Of a DNA stretch of 64,000 nt, positions 9,576 to 18,837 are shown piece by piece. Both the position numbers and the translations under genes were made by a program. The DNA comes from an uncultured virus (IMG/VR IMGVR_UViG_3300017989_000070). Taxonomy: Duplodnaviria; Heunggongvirae; Uroviricota; Caudoviricetes. Under the pieces are notes generated by a model. That model ran no database searches and was not told the origin of the DNA. It saw only the letters and a list, made by a program, of their open reading frames with translations. The stretch is taken from the IMG/VR virus record IMGVR_UViG_3300017989_000070, one strand, 5' to 3'. Every line of letters begins with the position of its first letter. Positions within the stretch are counted from its first letter, which is position 1.

Positions 9576-10204
9576 GCCGTGTCGAAGACGCCTTCGCCGC
9601 CGCGTACCTGATCGAGCAGTCGGGCCGGGAGGGTGTCGTCGTCGAGCCCGGCGACCTGAAGAACCCCAACGTCCTGGCCGCGAGCGACATCCTCCAGGGT
9701 GTCATCAGCGCCAGCGTGCCGATGTCGGACCACGAGTCCTTCGGCGTCGAGTTCGTCACGGGCGAGACCGTCGCCGACTTCCCTCTCTTCGACGTGCCCT
9801 TCAACCGGCTGGTCTGGGAGGGCAGGCTCACCGACATCGTCGACCGCCTGGCCCACGCGCCCGACTTCGCCCTGGGCCGCAAGCTCCGCCCCGTCCTGGC
9901 CAGGGCCTTCACGACGGGCTACCTCATCGAGCGCCTCCCGGTCCACCCTGACGACCTCTCGAACAAGGGGCTCCTGCGCGCAGGCACCATCGCGGCCAAG
10001 GTCATCGAGAACGAACTCGCGCCGCTCTACGAACTGTTCGACCTCGAAGCCATCGGCTTCGCGTTCCGCACGGGCACCGCGACGGACGGGTTCGACATCA
10101 TGGGCGGGAACTTCGCTCGCAAGCCTCTGCACCTGGCCGTCCTCAACACCTGCTACAAGATGATCGTTGACGCGGGGTACGGCGAGTCGGACGACGAGTG
10201 GTGA
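9572..10204 (+). CDS. Hypothetical protein (KNP near N-terminus)
   Basis: GGAGG RBS, ATGA coupling. Confidence 0.65.
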   Translation: MSRVEDAFAAAYLIEQSGREGVVVEPGDLKNPNVLAASDILQGVISASVPMSDHESFGVEFVTGETVADFPLFDVPFNRLVWEGRLTDIVDRLAHAPDFALGRKLRPVLARAFTTGYLIERLPVHPDDLSNKGLLRAGTIAAKVIENELAPLYELFDLEAIGFAFRTGTATDGFDIMGGNFARKPLHLAVLNTCYKMIVDAGYGESDDEW

Positions 10205-10208
10205 CCTC

Positions 10209-11378
10209 GTGTCCTTCTTCCTCGCCACCACCCCCTCGCTGAAGCCCGTCGAGGTCAGCCGCCTCTACCGCACCGCAGATGAGGCTCTCGCGTCGGCCAG
10301 GAGCATCGCGCCGGGGTACACCTCGGTGGCCGTCTTCGATCAGGAGACCGGCGAGCGTGTCGAGCACATCGGCGAACGCCTGCCCCTGGGCCAGGCCATC
10401 GACCCGAAGAAGGACCGCGAGTACGTCTACAACGTCTGGGTCGACCCGCAGGGCAACGTCTACAACGCCGCGTACTACCTGCACTCGAACACGATGGCGT
10501 GGCTGCACTTCCAGGGCATCGCGCCCTCGGAGAACCACCCCCGGGGCTGGGTCGAGATCTCGACGAGCCCCGCGACCCCGCTGGTTCACCGTGACCAGTG
10601 GGACACCCCGCTGACCCAGCGGCAGTTCGACGCCATCTTCGACCTGGCGCTCGTGGCGCACGAGGACGGCTCGTCGTCCTGGGCCAGGAGCGTGATGGAC
10701 CAGGCCGAGGGCATGATGGCGGTGCGCAACCCCGCACCCCTACCGTCCCCCTGGTGGCTCGCCGCCATCCCCGCAGCCGTCTTCGTGGGCGTGGGCGCCT
10801 GGCTCTTCTCGGGCGACGAGGTCGTGCTCTTCGACCGCTCCGTGGGCGAGGCGGTGCACCTCTCGCGCGAGTACTTCCCCGGCTGGCACGCCCACGGGTT
10901 CTCCTCCGTCGTCGACATCCAGCGCGCCATCGAGAGCCACCGCCGCATCAAGCGGCTGGTCATCATCTCCCACGGGGGCACCGATTGGTTCTACTCCAGG
11001 GCCCTGAGTGCACAATCCCTGGCCTCCTGGCTCGCCCCGAGGCTCGCGCTGCGCTCGATCGTGAGCCTGGCCGGGTGCTCCGCCGGTCGCGGCCCCGATG
11101 AGCCTGCGGTCTGGGATGCTGCTGCATTCGGCCCCGGCGGGGCTCGAAGCTACGCGGGTGCGCTCAGGGACTGGCTGAACGAGTACGGGGCATGGTGGGG
11201 CGAGGTTCGCGCGCACACGCTGGCGGGGCACGCCACGGGCTCTCCGGCGGGGCGCGAGTTCGCGTTCGCGCGTCGCGGCGAGCCGGGCGTGGGCGTGATG
11301 CCGGTCGGGTACGATTGGCGGCAGTGGGTCGTGGACTTTTCGGAGATGCCAGCGCACCGCTGGATGATGGGAGAGTGA
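10209..11378 (+). CDS. Membrane-anchored protein with clan CD (caspase/C80/DUF4347-like) cysteine-protease domain
   Basis: N-terminal domain, RNP, TM helix WWLAAIPAAVFVGVGAWLF, then LVIISHGG ... VSLAGCSAG His-Gly/Gly-Cys dyad; start codon uncertain. Confidence 0.6.
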   Translation: MSFFLATTPSLKPVEVSRLYRTADEALASARSIAPGYTSVAVFDQETGERVEHIGERLPLGQAIDPKKDREYVYNVWVDPQGNVYNAAYYLHSNTMAWLHFQGIAPSENHPRGWVEISTSPATPLVHRDQWDTPLTQRQFDAIFDLALVAHEDGSSSWARSVMDQAEGMMAVRNPAPLPSPWWLAAIPAAVFVGVGAWLFSGDEVVLFDRSVGEAVHLSREYFPGWHAHGFSSVVDIQRAIESHRRIKRLVIISHGGTDWFYSRALSAQSLASWLAPRLALRSIVSLAGCSAGRGPDEPAVWDAAAFGPGGARSYAGALRDWLNEYGAWWGEVRAHTLAGHATGSPAGREFAFARRGEPGVGVMPVGYDWRQWVVDFSEMPAHRWMMGE

Positions 11379-11379
11379 G

Positions 11380-11785
11380 ATGTCCTTGATGCAGAAGCTC
11401 GACGCAATCCGCCCCGCGCTCGCCAAGGCCGCGCAGGAGGTCTACGACGACTGGGAGCAGGACGAAGAGGGCTACTGCGACGCCTTGGGGATGGGGGGGC
11501 ATCTGCCAGGACATCGCAGAGGCCCACTTGAATGTCATCGACGATGTGCTCGACAACGTCGAGGCGTCCACCATGAGCAGCACCTTCGAGCAGCACGTCT
11601 TCGTCGTGGCCCTCGATGACGATGACGCGGTCATTGTCGACATCCCTCCCGGCGTCTACGAGACCGGCGGCGGTTTCTGCTGGAAGAAGATCCCCGGCGT
11701 GGAGTTCACGCCCGAGGACATCGTCCTCTACCCGACAGACCGGGACGAGTTCGTTGACGAGGACGGCGAGTGGTACGACTTGTAG
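11380..11785 (+). pseudogene. Acidic phage protein split by a frameshift in a G7 run
   Basis: Removing one G from 11493-11499 joins ...DALGMGG to ICQDIAEAH...YETGGGFCWKK in one ORF. Confidence 0.7.
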
Positions 11786-11795
11786 GAGCCTGAGC

Positions 11796-12785
11796 ATGTG
11801 GGTCGAGATCAAGGTCAAGGTGGTGCCCTACGACGACTCCTGGGGCTTCGACGCCGTCCACAGCGCGTTCTCGGGGATCATGCACGACCTCGTCCACGAG
11901 ATCGGCACCGACGAGGAGCGCCGCGGGTGGGACGGCTCCGAGGCCCGGTATCGCGAGAATGGCGGGGAGTACAACATCACCGTGCGCCTGGAGACAGATC
12001 TCGCCGACCCGGCACCGGCCATCTACGAGGCCATGGCCTTCTTCCTCGCGTGGGTGCAGGAGAACGTCCCGGCTGATGAGGTGGACGAGTACACGCTGGC
12101 GATGGCCCACGAGCAGGTCACCGTCACCCTCGACTCCGAGCCACGCCACGTCGAGCCCGTGATGGTGGGCAGGCGGAGGCTGCTCATCCCCGGCGAGAGC
12201 TTCATCTGGCACATCACGACCGCCCAGAGTGCCGAGAGCATCTTCGAGAACGGTTTCGACCCCGATGCCAGCAAGCACCAGGGAGGCCCCGGGGTCTCTT
12301 TCTCGACCAACATCGAAGCCGCGCGGGGCCTCCTCCGCGCCGTCCAGCACATGAACTCCCTGGAGAGCTTCGAGGAGGTCGAGCAGTGGGCGCTCGACCG
12401 CGGAATGCCCGAGGACAAGGTCCTCAAGATACGAGAGGACTACGACGGCTCCTCGGGCCTGGTCGACCGCCGCCTCGGGCGCCAGACCCCCGCGGGATAC
12501 CTCCTGCGCACGATGTGCTTCATGCACCCCGGGATCGGCAATGTCGGCGGGACGGTCCACCCCACCGAGTTTCTCTGGGCCGACCTCGCGGCGAAGCTCG
12601 CCTACGAGGACGTCGTCACGATCACGGCGGCGCTGGTCCCCGACGCGGAGCCGGTGACCGTGCCGTTCACCCATGGCGTCGAGTCCGAGTGGTTCGTGCG
12701 CGACCGGGAGGTCGTGCGGCAGATCGTGCCGGTGTACATTGACGAGCACCCCGAGGACATCGAGGGGTACTCTGTTTGGGGATAG
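11796..12785 (+). CDS. Protein with C-terminal ADP-ribosyltransferase-like domain
   Basis: WHITT...SIFENGFDP...GVSFSTN...ESEWFV (H, S-x-S, E-x-E). Confidence 0.65.
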   Translation: MWVEIKVKVVPYDDSWGFDAVHSAFSGIMHDLVHEIGTDEERRGWDGSEARYRENGGEYNITVRLETDLADPAPAIYEAMAFFLAWVQENVPADEVDEYTLAMAHEQVTVTLDSEPRHVEPVMVGRRRLLIPGESFIWHITTAQSAESIFENGFDPDASKHQGGPGVSFSTNIEAARGLLRAVQHMNSLESFEEVEQWALDRGMPEDKVLKIREDYDGSSGLVDRRLGRQTPAGYLLRTMCFMHPGIGNVGGTVHPTEFLWADLAAKLAYEDVVTITAALVPDAEPVTVPFTHGVESEWFVRDREVVRQIVPVYIDEHPEDIEGYSVWG

Positions 12786-12794
12786 GAGAGGAAC

Positions 12795-12989
12795 ATGCCT
12801 AAGTACGATGATCTCAATGAAGCTGCTTGGAATACAAGCGAATTGGTCGAGCGTGCTCTTAACGCGATGGGAGACCCCCGTTACGACTTCAAGCGAGGTC
12901 AGCCCGGACTGTCCAAGTTCCGGGAGGCTTTCTCGCTGTTGATGCAGGTCGAGAAGTTGATCGACGAGGTCATCGACGAGTCCGAGTGA
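12795..12989 (+). CDS. Small hypothetical protein
   Basis: GAGG RBS; last gene before the strand switch. Confidence 0.6.
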   Translation: MPKYDDLNEAAWNTSELVERALNAMGDPRYDFKRGQPGLSKFREAFSLLMQVEKLIDEVIDESE

Positions 12990-13738
12990 ATCAGAGCCGG
13001 AAGAACGCGAAGCGGTAGCCGCCCATCACCTCGACGATCTGGTCCTCGGTCCCCTTGAACGCCAGCGCGCACTTCTTGCAGAGCTTCGCCTCGCCGAGGC
13101 GGTTGCCCGTCGCGCCGCCGTGCTCGTTGCGGTAGAACCCCACCGCCTGCATGATGGGGGGCTCGCAGGGCCCCGTGATCGCACCGCACTTGTCACACTT
13201 GAACATCAGTCCTCCAAGCCCAGGATCTCTCGCTCCCGGGGCGTCAGCTTGGCGAGCGCGGCTTCGCGCTCGGCTTCGAGAATCTCGTCTTCGTTCGCGA
13301 GCTTCATCTGGACGAAGAGCCTGTCCGCGCCGAACTCGCTCCACATCCGGTTGGCGACTTCTTCGTCCTCGTAGAGGACGCCATCGCCAGTCTCCTCATC
13401 GACGTACCCCCAGAACGTCTTCTGCTGCGTGGAAACCCCGTGGGGGTGTCCTGGCACCTGGGGGGTGCATTCGGGGCTCTCAGGGGGCCTCTGAGGGGCC
13501 TTCTGGGCGCACTGGCAGGGGGGTTTCTCCGCGCCCACCGTGAAGGGCCCCTTCGTCGCGTGCCGGGCGTGCGCGTCCGGTGGCGGGGGCTCCTCTGCCG
13601 GGGGCTCGGGCGGGAAGGACGTCGGGCTCCCGGGCCGGTGCGCCCACTCCCGGCAGGAGCGCGCGAGAGGGTACGTGTCCCCCGTCAGGTCGCAGGTCTC
13701 GTTGTCGGTCGTGTTGAGGCAGTTGTCGCAGTTCATGA

Positions 13739-13945
13739 TCAAACGATCACCCCCTCTCGGCGGAGCCAGGCGCGGGTGTTCTCGACGCCCCGTTTCCACG
13801 CTCCTGTGGTCGATGCACAGAACACCTGCCGTCCAGAAGGCAGGCGGATGGATATGTGTCCTCCGCGGGTCTTGGTGATGGTGCAGCCTAGCTGGGTGCA
13901 CCGCTTGAGTAGGCTCTTCAGGTCCTTGTTCGTCGTCACCGGCAC
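13739..13945 (-). CDS. hicA: HicA-like mRNA interferase
   Basis: 68 aa, basic; KDLKSLLK...GCTITKTRGGH..IRLPSG dsRBD-like HicA pattern. Confidence 0.6.
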   Translation of the reverse strand: MPVTTNKDLKSLLKRCTQLGCTITKTRGGHISIRLPSGRQVFCASTTGAWKRGVENTRAWLRREGVIV

Positions 13946-14813
13946 CAGCCTCTCATGTCCCCTCCTTCGGGGGCGCCTTCAGGGCGAAGCACGTCCCCTT
14001 TCGTTGAACTTCTCGCCAGGTCGTCTCGTCCACCACGCCGACGTAGCTCTCTGTCGGGGTGTGGGCCATCATCGACCGGCTGTCGTACTCGATGTAGCGG
14101 ATGCGTCGCTCCTCGTTCTGGTGGAGCGTGGTGGTCCCGTCGAGCCAGAGTTGGACGACTACCAGTCGGCTCATCGCCCGGCCTCGTGCTCTTTCGCGCA
14201 GGCGCAGCAGAGGAAAAGCTGCCCCCGTGTCACGGTCTGCGCCTCGCGCTCGGCGCAGTGCTCGCACATGACATCTCGGGCTCGCTCGTCCAGGTCACAC
14301 GTCACGCCTCGCACTCGATCCCCTCCGGCAGGCGCTCGTCCTCCCCGAGGATGAGCGGCGACTTCGCGATCTGGTCGAAGACACGGTTGATCCGCTGGTT
14401 CTCCACCCGGGCCAGCGGCGCGAGCCGCGGCAGGGCCTCGTCCACCTTCCGCCGCAGCGCCCGGAACTGCCAGGGCGTGAAGCAGACACAGTGCAGCGCC
14501 CCGTGCAGCTTGAAGTACCCGCGCCCGATCTCGTCCCGGGGCTCGACCGTCGCCATGTGCTCGGCGTACACGGGCACGTCGCTGAGATAGAACCCCAGGT
14601 CGAGCCCCGCGACCTCGAAGCTCACGATCTCCTCGTCGGCGAGCCGGGCGCGACCGATGTCGACCCCTGCCTGGCGCGTGCACTCGGGGCCGATGGCGAC
14701 CTTGAACCCGCGCTGGAGAAAGCTGCGGGTGAGCCGGGCCCTGAGCGTCGCGGGGAAGACGTGCGTCTTGGCGTTCGAGAAGATGGTCCTGTACCACTTG
14801 CTCACGGTATCAC

Positions 14814-15224
14814 CTAGAAGAGCATCGGGTAGGTGACGTCACACTGGGTGCTGCCGCAGTCGATCACGACCGTGGCCTCCCCGGTGAGCCATCCGTCGTA
14901 GAGCGTGCCGTCGCAGAAGATGCCGACGTAGCACCCGTCGTCCTCCTGTTCGTCGAAGGTGAACGAGAAGCCCCCGCAGACCGCGTTCGCGAAGACGTCG
15001 ACCGCACAGACCTCGGCGAACATGATGTCGTCGATGGCCAGTTGCATGTCGGCGGTGCAGTTGGACGACGAGATGCCCCAGACGCAGTGCTGCACCCCGA
15101 CCGGCGGGTCGCAGTAGTCGATGTCTGAGTCGCCGTCACCGTCACCATCTCCACCGGGGTAGGGCTCGACGTAGCAGGCGAAAAGAAGCAACGAGATCAA
15201 TCCCAAGAGCGCCAGGTACTTCAT
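14814..15224 (-). CDS. Cys-rich lipoprotein
   Basis: Signal peptide with LFAC lipobox, GDGDGDGDSD linker, many Cys. Confidence 0.75.
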   Translation of the reverse strand: MKYLALLGLISLLLFACYVEPYPGGDGDGDGDSDIDYCDPPVGVQHCVWGISSSNCTADMQLAIDDIMFAEVCAVDVFANAVCGGFSFTFDEQEDDGCYVGIFCDGTLYDGWLTGEATVVIDCGSTQCDVTYPMLF

Positions 15225-16644
15225 CAGAACTCTCCTTTCAGTAGCTGCGAACTTCCCAGATACAGATCGTCAACCCCTCCCGCCCCACCGGGCAGTCGTA
15301 GGCCGTGAACTCGATCACGTGCTCGGGGTACAGCATCGACAACCACACCACCTCGGCCCAGGACCGCTGGCCCAGCGCGCCGCGCAGGAGCACCTCCGCC
15401 CGTCGCCCCTCGGCGTAGTTGTTGTCGGTGGCCAGCGCGTGGCGCATGTGCGTCTTCGCCCGGCTGTAGCGGAGGTAGAGCGTGCCCTCATACCAGGCGA
15501 ACTCCCCCTGCATCACGATGTGCCGGTCCGGGCTCGCCTCGTAGATGACCGGCGTGTAGCCCATGTCCTCGAAGAGCGAGACGGCGAAGAGCGACTGGTG
15601 CGGGGTGAGGTGATGCCAGTACGGCGCACCGGGCTCGTCCGAGGCGCGGATGCCCGTCAGCCCCTTGAAGCCGCTCTGCTCGAACTCCTCGGTCGAGCGC
15701 CAGATGCGGAAGGTGTTCCCCAGGCGTCCGGTGCGGAGCAACTCGTACATCTGGCGCTTGCTCGTGATCACATCTTCACCCGCTTCCGCCACGAGCACCA
15801 CGTGCACGCGATGATGCGCCAGTCCATGCCGGACGCGACGACGTAGACCGGAGCGCCGCACCGCTCGCAGACGTCACCCATCACGACCCCACGAGGATCT
15901 CGCACCACCCCGAGGCGTGCGGGTAGAGCGCCTCGATGCAGAGGTCCGCCAGCACGTGGCCCCAGACCCCGTGCGTCCCCACCTTCTCCTGCTCCTGCTC
16001 GTAGATGAGCCGGTAGGCGCGGCAGATCTGCCACAGGATGTAGCCCGGGGTCATGATCGCGATGGAGCCCATGAGGCAGGGGCCGAACTTCGCGGTCACG
16101 TCGTGCTCCAGCGGGTAGCTGATGTCGACTTCGACAGACGGCAGGTTGCCCAAGGCCTCCCACTGGAGCCCCCGGGCGTCGAGCAGCGCGATGCCCTGGT
16201 CGAGGGTGATCTCCGAGCCCTGGAGCACCGGCACCACGCAGTTCGACGCACGGCTGTCGGTGTGCAGCGCGAGCAGCGCGCTGTCGTCCTCGCGCTCCCA
16301 CCCCTCGGGCCGCACGACAAGCTCGATCGCGCCGGGGTGGCGGTCGGGCCTCTTGTACGGGCCGGAGATGAGGTCGTCGCCCCTGCGGTAGTTCATGAAC
16401 CTCCGCTCGACCTTCTCGATCATCTCGGTCTTCACGACACCCCCCTCGGCGGCGCGGTCTCGTACCAGTTCCCCTCGCCGCCCTGGCGGCAGGCGTAGGT
16501 CTTCCCCCCGCTGTCGAAGAGGTAGACGCCCTCGGCGTTGTGCATGCGCACGTTCTCCGCGTCGTCGGGCAGAAAGCACCGCAGGCAGTCGTCGCGTCGC
16601 TTCCCCTTGTGGACATCACACTTCATGGCTTCCTCCTGAAACTG

Positions 16645-16683
16645 ACTCTACCCCGAGCCGGGCGAGAGGTCAGATTTCTTGCC
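16645..16683 (-). promoter_or_regulatory. Class I sigma70-like promoter
   Basis: GCAAGAAAT-CTGACC-N17-TAGAGT upstream of 16432..16626. Confidence 0.75.
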
Positions 16684-17074
16684 CATCGAGCACGACCCGC
16701 CACCCGGCGTCCTGGAGGAACGGCGCGAACCACACCCGGTGGCACTCGCCCCTCTCCGCCTTGTCCTTCGCGCAGACGCACACGATGGTGTCCCCGTCCG
16801 CGATCCAGCGGCGCTCCACCCCCCGGAACGCGGCGAGGTCCCCGGGGCCCAGGCCCACGTACCTCAACCCCTGCTCGTACTGGGCTCGGTAGGCGTCCAG
16901 GCCCAACGAGCCGTTCTGGTAGGCGAGCAGCATGTGCGACGGCGGGGCGAGGATCTCCACCCCGCCGTCGTGGACGAGCCAGGACGGCGCCCACGCCATC
17001 GCGTGGAAGAGCCGCCCGGGGCCGTGGAGCTTGCGGCTCGCGGCGTTGGTCACGTGAATGACAGGTCTCGACAT
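16670..17074 (-). CDS. DUF488-like protein
   Basis: LAPP...Y...Y...IVCVC......CHR motif. Confidence 0.6.
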   Translation of the reverse strand: MSRPVIHVTNAASRKLHGPGRLFHAMAWAPSWLVHDGGVEILAPPSHMLLAYQNGSLGLDAYRAQYEQGLRYVGLGPGDLAAFRGVERRWIADGDTIVCVCAKDKAERGECHRVWFAPFLQDAGWRVVLDGQEI

Positions 17075-18837
17075 CACACCCTCACCACGGGGTCGTCCCA
17101 CTTGACGCCCCGCTTGTGGCCCACGATGCGCACGACCCGCTGGAGGGGGCGCGCCTCGCGGAACTTGAAGTCCCGAACCTCGGGCAGGTGGATGTAGTGG
17201 AGCCGGTCGCCCGTGCGGGGCTCGAAGGTGCTCAGCCCCTTGACCGCCATGAGCGAGTTGCGCGACGAGGAGAGCCTCGCGGTGCGGAACCGCTCGTGGT
17301 GAAAGTCGACGGCGTCCTCGTACAACTCCACCAGCCAGTGGCCGGGCTCGGCGTGGACGGTGAACGACTGCCCCCCGCCCTCGAAGCGGAGGCGGCGCGA
17401 GGCGAGCACGAAGGCGTGGTGGCTCATGTCTTCTTCACCACGCCCTTCCTGACGAACCCGCGCAGGACGCCGCGGATGCGGTCCTCGATGACGTAGGGGT
17501 TCTCCCCCCGCGCAAGGCCCACCTCGGCAGTCAGGCGGATGCGGGTGAGCGCACTCGGGTTGATCCACCAGCCGTCGTCCTCGACGATGAGCACGCCATC
17601 CTGTATCTCGACGTGCGGGATCTCGGGCGTCTCGTCCTCGTGGGCAAGAGCAAGCTCGGCGAACTCCTCGCAGGCCTCGCTGATGCGCTGCTGAGACTCG
17701 GCGAGCCTCTCCAGCGGCGAGCGCCACTTCCCGCCCAGGGCGTCTTCCAGTAGCTCCTGCGCCTCCTCGTCCTGCCCCTGGCGCAGCAGCCCGAGCGCGG
17801 CCTCGCACGCGGCCTTGTAGTCGGTCACAGGCCCCTCCACATGAAGTAGAACGCGCCGAGCGAGCAGAAAGCCAGCGCGATGAGGAACGCCATCAGTGCC
17901 TTGTCTTGGTCGCTCATCGTGGTCTCTTGCAGGGTGTTTTCTTGGTGCGTGGGATGCTCTGTTCCCGCCGGTAGTGGTCGTAGAGAGGCATCAACTCCTC
18001 GACGCTGTTGTAGACCCTGCTCTCCCCGGCGTTGCCGATGCCCCCGGTCATCACCCACTGGTGGATGGGGAACTCGGCGAAGACCCGGTCGAGCCGCCGC
18101 AGGGGCAGGTTGCACGACGGGATGGGGGACTCGGTGCCCAGCAGGGTCTCGTGGCCCGTCACCCTGTCGCGGCAGTGGACGGCCATCATTGGCCAGCCCC
18201 TCGCAGAGCGCGATGGAGCGCCTCGTCGAAGGTCAGCAGGTTCCGCTGGTTCTCTTCGATGAGCCGGATGGACATCTCCTCGCAACGCTGGTCGACACTC
18301 CGGGCTTCCCGGTTGCAGCGTTCGATGAGCGCGTCGCGCTCCTCGGCCTCGGCCTCCATCATCTCGACGCGCGTCTCCAGCCTGTGCGCGTAGATGCAGA
18401 GGGCGACCGTGACGAGGGTCATGGTGATGGCCACGAAGCGCCACGCGCGCTTCTTCCCCGACTCCTTCGTGAAGCACTCCGCGCTCTTTTCGAGCAGGAC
18501 GAGGGTGCTCTCGTTGAGCTTGATGAGGCGGTCGACCTCGGTCTCAGTCTGGTCCCTGTACATCATCTGTCCCTTTCGAGCCTGGACAACTTAGCCTGGA
18601 GACCGCCGACCTCGATGTCGTGCTCCCACCGGGCCTGCTCGTACTTCTCGCGCCAGGGGCTCTTCATCATCGAGCGGCAGGCGTTGCACGTCGCCGCCAG
18701 GATGAGCAACTCGTCGCGGGTCAGCGGGAACACCGCCTCGGGCGCGTTGTGCTTCAACGCCTGGCGCAGGACGTACTCGACCTGCTCGATCTCGTAGGGC
18801 AACGGCCAGGTGGTCGCGTGCCGGAGTCGCGTGTCGC

